A stretch of 63,996 nt of DNA, filler included, from an uncultured bacterium (GTDB lineage: Bacteria > DAOPZR01), in the NCBI GenBank assembly GCA_964637655.1. It is 8 parts of 8 records of this genome, joined end to end, with 100 filler letters (N's around TTAATTAATTAA, not from the genome) between each part and the next. Parts side by side here need not be neighbours in the genome. Positions count along the whole stretch, not along the records: positions 33,237 to 41,086 come from CAZWUZ010000185.1; positions 41,187 to 49,014 come from CAZWUZ010000186.1; 6 more parts are not named here. One strand, written 5' to 3'. Position 1 is the stretch's first letter, and each line of letters begins with the position of its first letter. This document shows positions 36,255 to 46,031 of this stretch, in pieces. The position numbers and the translations under genes are program-made. The notes under the pieces are model-generated. The model made no database searches, was not told the DNA's origin, and saw only the letters and a program-made list of their open reading frames with translations.

Positions 36255-37070
36255 ATGTCGTCACGGGACGCCGGCCGCCTCGCTGCTTTCCGGCGGCGGG
36301 TGCTGGCGTACGCCCGCCGGCCGCGTCCCTTTCCGTGGCGGGAGACCACGGACCCGTACGCCATTACCGTCTCGGAAATCATGCTGCAGCAGACGCAGGT
36401 GCAGCGCGTGGCGGAAAAATACCCCGCGTTCCTGCAGGAATTTCCTGATGTGCAGACGCTCGCCCGCGCCCCGCTGGCGGCGGTGCTGCGGGCGTGGAGC
36501 GGGCTGGGCTACAACCGTCGCGCGCTGGCCCTGCACCGGCTGGCGCAGGTCGTGGTGGCAGAACATGGCGGCAGGATGCCGCGCACGGTGGCGGAACTTG
36601 ACGCGCTGCCGGGCATCGGGGCGGCAACAGCTGCGGCCATCTGCGCGTATGCCTACAATCAGCCGGTGACCTATCTCGAAACCAATATCCGCGCGGTGTT
36701 CATCCATGAATTTTTCCCGCGCCGGCGGGCGGTCAGCGACGCGAAACTGCTGCCGCTGGTGGCACAGGCACTCGACCGGCGCCACCCGCGGCGCTGGTAC
36801 AATGCGCTGATGGATTACGGCACCCGGCTGAAACGCGACCATGCCAACCCGGCCCGGCGCAGTGCCCACCATACCCGGCAGAGCGCTTTTGCCGGCTCGG
36901 ACCGGCAGGTGCGCGGACTGGTGCTGCGGCGTCTGCTGACCGGAGCGCAGACCGCGGCCGGGTTGCGGCGGACAGCCGGTGTCGACGCTGCGCGCCTGCG
37001 GATTATTCTCGAAGGCATGCTGCGCGAGGGACTGCTGCGGCGGAAGAACAACTGCTACACCGTCGCCTGA
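36255..37070 (+). CDS. mutY: MutY-like A/G-specific adenine glycosylase, short and lacking the Fe-S cluster
   Basis: PWR...DPY...SEIMLQQTQV, GLGYNRRA, LPGIG (HhH) and ALMDYG; no Cys cluster motif. Confidence 0.88.
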   Translation: MSSRDAGRLAAFRRRVLAYARRPRPFPWRETTDPYAITVSEIMLQQTQVQRVAEKYPAFLQEFPDVQTLARAPLAAVLRAWSGLGYNRRALALHRLAQVVVAEHGGRMPRTVAELDALPGIGAATAAAICAYAYNQPVTYLETNIRAVFIHEFFPRRRAVSDAKLLPLVAQALDRRHPRRWYNALMDYGTRLKRDHANPARRSAHHTRQSAFAGSDRQVRGLVLRRLLTGAQTAAGLRRTAGVDAARLRIILEGMLREGLLRRKNNCYTVA

Positions 37071-37073
37071 GGT

Positions 37074-37685
37074 TCAGGCGGACGGGCAGGAGAAATGCTG
37101 GTTGATGTAGAAGGCGAGCAGTTTTTCCGCTGCGGGCTTGCACTGCCCGCAGACGGTGGCAAGCTTGGTCCGTTCCTGCAGATCGAGGAAGGAGCGGGCG
37201 CCTTCGAGCACCGCGTGCTCGATTTCCGCGTCGGTGACGTTCATGCACTGGCAGATGACACGGGCTTTTTCCGACCGCACCTTCTCCGGCATGCCGTGCG
37301 TCGCATAATAGTTGTCGATGGCCGCCCGCAGGGCCTTGTCCCCGAGCACCGAGCAGTGGATCTTGTGTTCGGGCAGGCCGCCAAGCTGTCTGGTGATGTC
37401 CGCCGGGGTCAGGTGGTAGGCGGCGTCGAGGGCCATGCCCCTGACCATTTCCGAGAGCATCGAGGTGCTGGCAATCGCGCTGGCACAGCCGTAGGTCTTC
37501 CACCGGCAGTCGCTGATCTTTCCGTCCGCCACCTTGATCACCACCAGCATCTGGTCGCCGCACTTGATGTTCCCCACCTCGCCCCGCCCGTCCGGCGCGA
37601 ACGCCGCCTCGTCGTCGAGAATATTGCGCGGGTTCATGAAGTGGTCCTTGACGTTCTCGGTGTAGACCCAGTTCGCATCAGCCAT
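37074..37685 (-). CDS. nifU: NifU/IscU-type Fe-S scaffold with BFD-like [2Fe-2S] domain
   Basis: HFMNPRN, CGD, YGCASAIA and KIHCS; C-terminal CQC...CGQC. Confidence 0.9.
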   Translation of the reverse strand: MADANWVYTENVKDHFMNPRNILDDEAAFAPDGRGEVGNIKCGDQMLVVIKVADGKISDCRWKTYGCASAIASTSMLSEMVRGMALDAAYHLTPADITRQLGGLPEHKIHCSVLGDKALRAAIDNYYATHGMPEKVRSEKARVICQCMNVTDAEIEHAVLEGARSFLDLQERTKLATVCGQCKPAAEKLLAFYINQHFSCPSA

Positions 37686-37686
37686 G

Positions 37687-38865
37687 TCAGCGTTTCTCCG
37701 TGTAGGCGGTGGACATGCGGCGCAGCCGCGCAATGATGGGCGGCAGCTGCTCCAGCACGTAGTCGATATCGTCGTCGGTGGTGCCGCGCCCCAGGCTCAG
37801 GCGCAGGGAACCGTGCGCACATTCGATGGGGACGCCGGTCGCCATGATGACGTGGGACGGGTCGAGCGACCCCGAGGCACAGGCCGAGCCCGTCGAGGCG
37901 GCGATGCCGGCCAGGTCGAGGTAGAGGAGGATGGCCTCTCCCTCGGCGCCGGCAAAGGCGACGTTGAGCGTGTTGGGGAGCACCTCGGTGGGATGGCCGT
38001 TGACGTGCGTGTCAGGAATGCGTGCGACGATGCCGTCGCGCAGCTTCTCCCGCAGCCGCTGCAGGCGCGGCGTCTCCGCCGCCATCTCCGCGCGGCGCTG
38101 CGCGATGGCGGCGCCGAACCCGATGATGCCGAGCGTGTTCTCCGTGCCGGCCCGCCGTCCCGCTTCCTGGTGTCCCCCGCGGATGAGCGGGCAGAAGGGG
38201 ATCCCCTTGCGGATATAGAGCGCGCCGATGCCCTTCGGGCCGTACAGCTTGTGCGCGGAGAGCGTCAGAAAATCGACCCCGAGTTCCTTCACATCGACCG
38301 GGACCTTACCCGCCGCCTGTACCGCGTCGGTGTGGAAGAGCGAACCGTGCTCGTGCGCGAGCGCGGCACAGGCCCGGATATCCTGCAGTGTGCCGATCTC
38401 GTTGTTGGCCAGCATCACCGAGACGATTCCCTTGTGGTCGCCCAGTACCTGCGCCAGCTGCTGCAGGTCGATGCGCCCGTGTGCATCGACCCCGAGAAAG
38501 ATGACGCGCGTGCCCCGCTCCTGCAGCCCCTTGGTCGTTTCCAGGATGCAGGGATGCTCGATGGCAGTGGTGATGATGTCGGTGCCGCCGCGCAGGGCGC
38601 ACAGTTTCGTGCCGCAGGCGACCAGCGACAGCACGGTGTTGTTCGCCTCCGACCCGCTGCCGGTGAAGACGAGCTCCGCCGGGTCGGCGTTGAGGAACGC
38701 GGCCACCGCGGCCCGGCTCTCCTCAATGGCCGCGCGCGCCCGCCGCCCGTAGACATGCATGCTCGACGGATTGCCGAAATTGTCCATGGCCGCCAGCATG
38801 GTTTCGCGCACCGCGGGATGCAGCGGGGTCGTGGCGTTGTGGTCGAGGTAGACACTGCGTTCCAT
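37687..38865 (-). CDS. nifS: Cysteine desulfurase NifS/IscS
   Basis: YLDHNATTP, SAHKLYGPKG and STGSACASG motifs. TTGACG-17-TAGAAT promoter at 38887-38915 (minus strand). Confidence 0.95.
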   Translation of the reverse strand: MERSVYLDHNATTPLHPAVRETMLAAMDNFGNPSSMHVYGRRARAAIEESRAAVAAFLNADPAELVFTGSGSEANNTVLSLVACGTKLCALRGGTDIITTAIEHPCILETTKGLQERGTRVIFLGVDAHGRIDLQQLAQVLGDHKGIVSVMLANNEIGTLQDIRACAALAHEHGSLFHTDAVQAAGKVPVDVKELGVDFLTLSAHKLYGPKGIGALYIRKGIPFCPLIRGGHQEAGRRAGTENTLGIIGFGAAIAQRRAEMAAETPRLQRLREKLRDGIVARIPDTHVNGHPTEVLPNTLNVAFAGAEGEAILLYLDLAGIAASTGSACASGSLDPSHVIMATGVPIECAHGSLRLSLGRGTTDDDIDYVLEQLPPIIARLRRMSTAYTEKR

Positions 38866-38989
38866 GGCCTGCTCCTTGCCCCCCGTATTCTACACCCCGC
38901 CCGTGGCAGCGTCAAACGGCGCAACCGGGTTGGCAGGCGGCGCGGCCTGTGGTATAAGGTGGTCAGCGACGCGAAGAGGAGGATATCTC

Positions 38990-39445
38990 ATGCTCGACCC
39001 TGTCGTGCTGCGCCAGCTGCCGCCGCTGGCTGATTTCCGTGATGAGGACCTTGCCCTGCTGGCGGGAGTGCTGCGTGAGCGGCAGTTCGTTGCCGGTGAC
39101 CTGGTCGTTAACGAGGGGGAAATCGGCAGCGATCTCTTCCTGCTCCTGGCCGGCGAGGTGGCGGTCCTGCGCACGGGCGCGCGCAGCGAGCAGAAACAGG
39201 TCGCGGTTATCGGGACCGGCGAAATCTTCGGGGAGATGTCGTTTCTCGACCGCAAGCCGCGCACCGCTTCCGTCCGGGCACTCAAGACCAGCCGGGTGCT
39301 GGTGTTGACCCGTGACCGGTTCGAGTTGCTCTATCAGGAGAACCTCGGGGTCTATGCCCGTTTTCTGCGCCTGATTGCCGATACCATCACCGCCCGGTTG
39401 CGCAAACTTGGTGCCCAGGTCAACCAGCGCTCGCTGTGGGCGTAA
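38990..39445 (+). CDS. Stand-alone cyclic-nucleotide-binding domain protein
   Basis: FGEMSFLDRKPRTASVRA phosphate-binding cassette; GAGGAGG RBS; no HTH. Confidence 0.9.
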   Translation: MLDPVVLRQLPPLADFRDEDLALLAGVLRERQFVAGDLVVNEGEIGSDLFLLLAGEVAVLRTGARSEQKQVAVIGTGEIFGEMSFLDRKPRTASVRALKTSRVLVLTRDRFELLYQENLGVYARFLRLIADTITARLRKLGAQVNQRSLWA

Positions 39446-39479
39446 CTGACGGCAGGGCGTACGGTAGCGCCGGGGCGTC

Positions 39480-39508
39480 TTGACAGATACAAAAAAACGC
39501 GGTATAAT
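39480..39508 (+). promoter_or_regulatory. Perfect-consensus sigma70 promoter upstream of flagellin
   Basis: TTGACA-17 bp-TATAAT. Confidence 0.8.
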
Positions 39509-39551
39509 AGCTGTGCTTGGAGCATAGTTCTCCACGGAAGGGGGAGCCGCC

Positions 39552-40367
39552 ATGCAGATCAACAACAACACCGCACTCTTTGTCCAGCGCTACCTGGGGA
39601 GCACCCAGGGGGAACTCGAGTCGCGCCTGCAGAAACTCGCCTCGGCGCTGCGTATCAACAGCGCGGCCGATGACGCTGCCGGCCTGGCCATCTCCGAGGA
39701 GTTGCGCGCGCAGGTCAACGGGCTTGACCAGGCCGCGCGCAACACCCTCGACGGCATCTCCGTGCTGCAGACCGCCGAGGGCGGCATGCAGGAAATCCAG
39801 GACATGACGCAGCGTGTGCGCGAACTGTCGCTGCAGGCGGCCAACGGCACGCTGACCGACCAGGACCGCGCGCTCATCCAGCGCGAGGTGGGCCAGCTGA
39901 CGCAGGAAATCGACCGCTTTGCCGGTACGGTCAACTACAACGGGCAGAATCTCATCGACGGCACGTACGCCAATCAGGGACTCACCCTGCAGGCCGGCGC
40001 CAATCAGGGGCAGACGGTCGAGGTGCAGCTGCAGGCGATGACGACGACCGCGCTCGGACTTGACGGCCTTGATGTCTCGACGCAGGCGGGGGCGCAGGCT
40101 GCGGTTGGTGCTGCGGACGCGGCGCTGAGCGGTATCAGCGGGCAACGCGCCGCCATCGGGGCGCAGGAAAACCGCCTGTCGTCGACGTTCAATTTCACGA
40201 ACATCCAGAGCGAGGCGCTGACTGCCTCGGAATCGCGTATCCGTGATGCCGACATGGCGTCCGAACTCATCGGCCTGACCCTGGCGCGCCTGCGCGAGCA
40301 GGCGGGTACCGCCATGCTCGGCCAGGCGAACCTCAACCAGCAGTCGGTGCTCAACCTGCTCGGCTGA
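39552..40367 (+). CDS. fliC: Flagellin (minimal, D0/D1 only)
   Basis: RINSAADDAAGLAI, LQTAEG, QRVRELSLQAANGT, GAQENRL, SRIRDADMA and QAN...VLNLLG. Confidence 0.95.
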   Translation: MQINNNTALFVQRYLGSTQGELESRLQKLASALRINSAADDAAGLAISEELRAQVNGLDQAARNTLDGISVLQTAEGGMQEIQDMTQRVRELSLQAANGTLTDQDRALIQREVGQLTQEIDRFAGTVNYNGQNLIDGTYANQGLTLQAGANQGQTVEVQLQAMTTTALGLDGLDVSTQAGAQAAVGAADAALSGISGQRAAIGAQENRLSSTFNFTNIQSEALTASESRIRDADMASELIGLTLARLREQAGTAMLGQANLNQQSVLNLLG

Positions 40368-40389
40368 TTACCCCCGTTGTTCCCCCGGC

Positions 40390-41086
40390 GTGACTGAACC
40401 GCTGCTCGTCCTCGACGGGCTGACCTGTTGCTACGCCGGTGCCGTGCGTGCCGCGGTTGACCGTGTCTCGCTGACGGTCGTCGCGGGCGAATGGGTCGGC
40501 CTGGCCGGGCCCAACGGCGCGGGCAAGACCACGCTCCTCAAACTCATCAGCGGCATTCTCCTCCCGACCGCAGGCACGGTGCGCGTGGCGGGATATGACC
40601 CGGCCGACGATACGCAGGTGCTGGCGGCGCGTCAGCACCTGGGCATCGTGCAGGCGAATGCGGGAATGCAGCTGGTCGCCAACACGGTCGAGGAGGATGT
40701 CGCGTTCGGCCTGAGCAATCTCGGAGTGCCGTCGGCGGCACTGCGGGAGCGGGTGGCGGCGATGCTGGCGCAGCTCGATATCGCGCACCTGGCCACGCGT
40801 CTGCCGCATACGCTCTCCGGCGGAGAAGAGCAGCTGGTGGCGCTGGCCGGCATCCTCGTCATGCAGCCGCGCGTACTGGTGCTCGATGAGCCGACCGCGC
40901 ACCTTGACGCGGCGGCGGCGCGGCGCGTGCGCGCGGTGGTGGCGGACTGGCTGCGTGCCAGCGGCGGCGCGGTGGTCTGGATCACCCATGACGCGGAGGA
41001 ACTGGCGGAACGGACACGGGTGCTCGGGCTGGCCCGCGGGGCGCTGGTCTTCGACGGCCCGCCCGCGCAGCTGTGGCGTGACGGGG
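40390..41086 (+). CDS. ECF transporter ATPase (EcfA/CbiO), 3' truncated
   Basis: GPNGAGKTT, TVEEDVAFGL.NLG, LSGGE and VLDEPT motifs. Confidence 0.88.
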
Positions 41087-41186
41087 NNNNNNNNNNNNNN
41101 NNNNNNNNNNNNNNNNNNNNNNNNNNNNNNTTAATTAATTAANNNNNNNNNNNNNNNNNNNNNNNNNNNNNNNNNNNNNNNNNNNN

Positions 41187-42430
41187 AGGAGGCGCGCCTG
41201 ACCGAAGCGGTCGCCGAACGCATAACCGACGCCCGCCCCCGCGGCGGTAACCACCATCAGCGAAAACCAGAGCAGAAAAATGTGTGAGCCGCGCATGCCG
41301 AACAGCCGCATACCGACCGACGAGGAGAGCGCCTCGGGGAAGTTTGACAAAAACAGGCCGGCAATGAGCGTGTAGGGGATAACCGAGAAAAACTCCGGGG
41401 CGATACCGGCCGCCTGCTGTGCCGCGACCAGCGCAAGGAAGCCGGAACCGATGACGAAACTCTCCGGGATGCCGTCGAGCAGGATGCCGAGCCAGATGGC
41501 CAGCGGGGCACTGCCGTGGGCCGCGCGGGCGCGGCTGATCTCGTGCCGGTCAGGGACATGCTCGCCGCGCTGCAGCGCCATGGTGGCGCGTTTCGCCCAG
41601 CGCGCCGCAGCCGCCACGCGCGTCGTGTCGTGCACGGTGAGTGCGCCGAGCCGGTCTGCCGCCAGCTGCCGCGCCGCGGCGTCCAGTTCCGGGCAGTCGC
41701 GGCGCAGCCGCGCGAAATCCTCGCGCCGCAGGACGTAGGCGGTGACCTGCCCGGCAGCGGTTGCCGTCGCGGTGCGGGGGGCGCCCGTCAGCAGCGCGAT
41801 CTCGCCGAGCACGTCGCCGGGCCCGAGGGTGGCGAACAGTTCGCCGTTGCGGCTGAGGGCCACCGTGCCGGTGTCGATGAAGAAGAGCCGGTCGCCGCTG
41901 CTCTCCTGCACGAACAGCACTTCACCGGGGGTGAAGGATACCGGGAAGAGCAGGTCGACGAGGCACCGTATCGCTTCGGGCGGGAGCGCGGTGAGCAGCT
42001 TGACCCGGGCGAGCGCACGGACGATTTCCGCCTCCTTGCGCCGGCGGCTGCGCGTGAGGTAGGTGACGGTGGTCGAGTACTTGCGCAGGAAGCCGCCATG
42101 CGCGTTGACCAGCTGGTCGAGCACGACGAAGAGGATGCCGCCGACGGCACTGCCGCCGAGCAGGGCGAAGAAAGCATGACGGATGTGCAGGTCAGCACCC
42201 GGGGCGATGACCGCGTTGACCGTCGGGGCGATCAGTTCGATGGCCAGCGCGGCGAGCAGCGCCCCGGCGCCGAACGCGGCGAGCAGCCCGACCAGCACCG
42301 GGCGCGGGCGGGTGAAAATGCCGAGCAGCGAACCGAGCGGGAGGGAAACGGCACTCAGGCCGCCGATGATGACCGCCCAGGTCAGGTAGCGGGCATCGCC
42401 GGAGCAAAGTGCAGCACAGGCATCGGTCAT
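41187..42430 (-). CDS. ZIP (ZupT/GufA)-family metal transporter with inserted cNMP-binding domain, 3' truncated
   Basis: AFGAGALLAA (TM2), GEIALLTGAPRTATA (cNMP), LLDGIPES (TM4) and LSNFPEA (TM5). Confidence 0.85.
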
Positions 42431-42647
42431 AGGCACCGCAGAAGTGTAACACCGGGCTGCGCATCGCGTCAAGGTGCATTGACGGCAGACGGTTCAGGTG
42501 TTACGATGCGCCTTACTGGCGGAGGCGCCGACTGGAGCGCATGCACTGCACTGTTCCGGAATATGCAGCGATTGCCGGATACGCCTTTTCCGCAGCAAGC
42601 GGGAACAGCGGCGGGCAGGAGTGAACTCTATTGCACAGGACAAGGGC

Positions 42648-43157
42648 ATGGTGCGACTGCAGCCATACGGAATACTCCTAACTTCGCTGTACCTGCTGGC
42701 GAACGGGGTTGGCGGGCTTGCTGTCATAGGGTCAAGCCGGGACGCATTTCGCGCGGCGGAGAGCGCCATCACCGCGCTGGGGTATTCCCCTTTTGTCCTT
42801 TTTCTTTCAATGATGATCATCTTCCTTTCTGCGACAGCAGGAGGGGCGGGCCTGCTGCTGCACGCACGCTGGGGATGGTGGGCGGCCCAGTATTATCTGC
42901 TCTACGGAGTACTGCGCATGGGCGGGGCGCTGATGCAGGGGCCGTTCATTGACGCACCGGGCGGCTACCTGTTCAAGTGGCTGGTTCGCGGTCTGATTTT
43001 CTGGTGGCTGGGTGGCTATCTCGCGCATCCGGACCGGGCGGAGCGTTTCGGCCTGTCGCCGATGGAAGCCCTGGCCGGCAGACGACGCGTATGGCGGACG
43101 GTCAGCGGCACGTTCGGGGTACTGTCGTTGCTCAATATGCTGGGGGGGATATTCTGA
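42648..43157 (+). CDS. Hypothetical membrane protein
   Basis: Several hydrophobic segments; abuts srkA; TTGACG-17-TACGAT at 42479-42507. Start uncertain. Confidence 0.6.
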   Translation: MVRLQPYGILLTSLYLLANGVGGLAVIGSSRDAFRAAESAITALGYSPFVLFLSMMIIFLSATAGGAGLLLHARWGWWAAQYYLLYGVLRMGGALMQGPFIDAPGGYLFKWLVRGLIFWWLGGYLAHPDRAERFGLSPMEALAGRRRVWRTVSGTFGVLSLLNMLGGIF

Positions 43158-43158
43158 A

Positions 43159-44196
43159 ATGCGCGAAACTGAATTCTTCTACCGGCTGACCCCGGACTGC
43201 GTGCTGGCGGCAGTCGAGTCGCTCGGCCTGGAGCCGACCGGCGCAGTTGAGGCGCTCAACTCGCTCGAAAACCGCGTCTATGCCCTGCCGCTCGACGAGG
43301 GCAGCGCGGTGGTGGCGAAATTTTACCGCCCGGGACGCTGGACGGCGGCGCAGATTCAGGAGGAGCACGATTTTGCGCGCGAACTGGCGGCCGCGGAGGT
43401 GCCCGTCTGCGCCCCGCGCGATTTTGGCGGGCGGACGCTGCACGCAACCGACGGCATCCATTTCGCCGTCTGGCCGCGCACCGGCGGGCGCGCCGCCGAC
43501 GAATTCTCCCTTGCCGACCTCGAAACGCTGGGCCGCGTGCTCGCGCGCATTCATCTGGTCGGGGCACAGCGCCCGGCCCCGGCGCGACTCGCTTTTTCCG
43601 CTGACACCTATGTCCGCCAGCCGCTGTGCTTCCTGCAGCACGGCGGTTTTCTGCCGGCTGCCTGCGCGGAGCGCTACGCGACCGCGGCGGAGCAGGTGGC
43701 GCTGCTGTACGAGCAGTATGCGGCCGGCATCCCGGTGCAGCGCATCCACGGCGACGCGCATCCGGGCAACCTGCTGCGCGGCAGCGACGGGTTTTTCTTC
43801 CTCGATTTCGATGATTTCGTCATGGGACCCGCGGTGCAGGATTTCTGGATGCTCTGGACCGGAACGGGTGACGAATTGCGCCGGCAGCAGGATGCCTTTC
43901 TCACCGGCTACGCGCAGTTCTGCGACTACGAGGCGTCATGGCTGCGCCTGCCGGAAATCCTGCGCGCCATGCGCTGGATCCACTACGCCGCCTGGGTGGC
44001 GAAGCGCTGGGCTGACCCGTGCTTTCCCGCCACGTTTCCGCAATTCGGCACGCCCGGCTACTGGCAGCAGGAGACGCACGATCTCGAAGAACAGGTGAGG
44101 AAGATCAGGGCGGCACTCGATCCGGGGGGCGCGCCGGCAGCGACAGAACCGGAACTGACCAACAAGGATTTCTTCTGGGACTGGGAGGAGAAGTGA
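43159..44196 (+). CDS. srkA: Stress response Ser/Thr kinase SrkA/RdoA
   Basis: LNSLENRVY, KFYRPGRW, RIHGDAHPGN, LDFDD, GPAVQD and RWADP.FP..FP.F motifs. Confidence 0.92.
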   Translation: MRETEFFYRLTPDCVLAAVESLGLEPTGAVEALNSLENRVYALPLDEGSAVVAKFYRPGRWTAAQIQEEHDFARELAAAEVPVCAPRDFGGRTLHATDGIHFAVWPRTGGRAADEFSLADLETLGRVLARIHLVGAQRPAPARLAFSADTYVRQPLCFLQHGGFLPAACAERYATAAEQVALLYEQYAAGIPVQRIHGDAHPGNLLRGSDGFFFLDFDDFVMGPAVQDFWMLWTGTGDELRRQQDAFLTGYAQFCDYEASWLRLPEILRAMRWIHYAAWVAKRWADPCFPATFPQFGTPGYWQQETHDLEEQVRKIRAALDPGGAPAATEPELTNKDFFWDWEEK

Positions 44197-44537
44197 TGCC
44201 GCACCTGACGGAGGAGCAGCGGCAGGAACTGGCGGAACTCATCGAGCTGCGGCTGACCCGCGCGGCACGCGACCTCGAACGCCTCGAACGCGGCAGCCGG
44301 CCGGTGGAACTCGACGGCTCCATCGGGCGCGTGACGCGCATGGACGCGCTGCAGAACCAGCACCTGGCGAAAGCGATGTACGGGCGGGCGGCGGACCAAT
44401 TGCCCGCGCTGCAGGCGGCGCAGGCGTCGCTGCAAGCCGGGACCTACGGCGTCTGCCGCTCCTGCGGTGAGCCGATTGACTACGAACGCCTGCTGGTGAT
44501 GCCTGAGACCATGACCTGCATGCAGTGCTCGCGCTGA
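44196..44537 (+). CDS. TraR/DksA C4-zinc-finger protein
   Basis: IGRVTRMDALQ coiled-coil tip and YGVCRSC...ERL...PE...CMQC. Confidence 0.88.
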   Translation: MPHLTEEQRQELAELIELRLTRAARDLERLERGSRPVELDGSIGRVTRMDALQNQHLAKAMYGRAADQLPALQAAQASLQAGTYGVCRSCGEPIDYERLLVMPETMTCMQCSR

Positions 44538-44538
44538 C

Positions 44539-45702
44539 ATGAACCTGCGCGGGCGGGCGGGACGCTACTTCATGCTGTTCGCTGCCCTTGCCGGGCTCGT
44601 CAGTTTCTTTGTGCGCCTGCCGCTGGCGGGTGCGGTGGTCGGCTACGCCGATTTTATCGCCTACTGGAGCGCGGGCCGCGTCTTCCTCGACGGCGGCAAT
44701 CCGTACGACGGGGAGGAATTGCGCGCGGTGCAGAAGGACGCGGGGCGGCCCGACAAGTGGCCGCTGATGGTCTGGCAGCCACCGTGGGTGCTGCCGTTCA
44801 CCGCGCTCGTCGGTCTGCTGCCGTTCTGGACCGCGCGCGCCCTCTGGCTGGTCTTCAATCTCTACGTACTCGTGGTGGCGTCGGAATATTTGTGGCTCTG
44901 GTGTGGCGGCCCGCGTGAGCAGGTCTGGGTCGGCCTCTCGGCAGGACTCTTTTTCGTTCCCTGTACCATCGCCCTCTGGTGGGGGCAGATGAGCATTCTC
45001 GTGCTGGGTGGCATTGCCCTGCTGCTCCATGCGCTCGAAACGAAGCGCGATCTGCTGGCGGGTGTGGCATTGCTGCTCATGGCCATCAAGGCACATATTC
45101 CCTACCTGCTCTTTGTGCTGGTGCTGCTCTGGGCATGGCGTGAGCGGCGCTGGCGGGTGCCGCTGGCGGGTGGCCTGATGCTGCTGCTGGCGGGTGGTGG
45201 CGCGCTGCTCTACAATCGCGCCATCGACTGGACGCTGCTGGCCGCGGGGCAGGGGCCGCTCGCCTACCGCGTGACGACGCTCAGTTTCCTGCTGCGCGAT
45301 TATACCGGTGTCACAGCGTGGCAGTTCATCCCGAGCGCACTCGCCGTCGCCGCGCTGCTGTTCTGGTGGCTGCGATGCGGTCGTCGCTTCGACTGGCAGA
45401 CACATATGCCCGGCTGGCTTATCGTCTCGGGTGTGACGATGTGCTATGGCTGGCTCTATGATCTCGCGGTGCTGCTTCCCGTCATTCTCGTCATGCTCGC
45501 CGGGGTGACCACCTCGCCGTTCTCGCTGCGCAGCGCCCTGACGGTTTCCGGCCTCGTCATCGTGCAGATGCTCCTCGCGGGGATGCTCCCGGTGGTCAAC
45601 ATGTTCACCACCGCGTGGTGGATGCCGCTGGTTATCGGCGCCATCTATCTCGTTGCACCGCGTGTCCGCCCGCCCGGCACCCCGCTGTTTCCTGACCGGT
45701 AG
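44539..45702 (+). CDS. GT87/DUF2029 GT-C glycosyltransferase
   Basis: DFIAYWSAG...NPYD, QPPW, GQ, IKAH and LYDL motifs; polytopic. Confidence 0.82.
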   Translation: MNLRGRAGRYFMLFAALAGLVSFFVRLPLAGAVVGYADFIAYWSAGRVFLDGGNPYDGEELRAVQKDAGRPDKWPLMVWQPPWVLPFTALVGLLPFWTARALWLVFNLYVLVVASEYLWLWCGGPREQVWVGLSAGLFFVPCTIALWWGQMSILVLGGIALLLHALETKRDLLAGVALLLMAIKAHIPYLLFVLVLLWAWRERRWRVPLAGGLMLLLAGGGALLYNRAIDWTLLAAGQGPLAYRVTTLSFLLRDYTGVTAWQFIPSALAVAALLFWWLRCGRRFDWQTHMPGWLIVSGVTMCYGWLYDLAVLLPVILVMLAGVTTSPFSLRSALTVSGLVIVQMLLAGMLPVVNMFTTAWWMPLVIGAIYLVAPRVRPPGTPLFPDR

Positions 45703-45765
45703 CAGGCTGAAGAACTGTCGCCTCACGCTATCTAAGGCCGGTCATTCCCGCATTGTTCAATCGGG

Positions 45766-45916
45766 GCAACTATTCAGCCCGTCTGTCCCCTCGCCCGCTG
45801 TTCATAGCGGGAGAGGAAGACGCGCAGCGTCAGGTGAGGGTTGCAAGGCGCACACATTTTTCACCCTCACCCCTGCCCTCTCCCACTGCAGGCAGCGGGA
45901 GAGGGTGAATAGTTAC
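45766..45916. mobile_element. 151-bp MITE with 11-bp terminal inverted repeats and 8-bp target-site duplication
   Basis: Ends GCAACTATTCA / TGAATAGTTAC (10 of 11 complementary), flanked by CAATCGGG at 45758-45765 and 45917-45924. Internal BoxC-like hairpins. Confidence 0.85.
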
Positions 45917-46031
45917 CAATCGGGAATCCAGTATCGGAGTCGTCCGGAACGAAGTTTCCGCACGACCCCTGCGGGGCTTGCTCGCTTCGCGCAACCATTG
46001 TACCGCTCTTCGCGGTATCGGTTGCGCTCAG

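Noticed and set aside
37074-38865. nifS/nifU as evidence of nitrogen fixation
   Set aside because: No nitrogenase genes are present, and this minimal pair commonly serves housekeeping Fe-S assembly.
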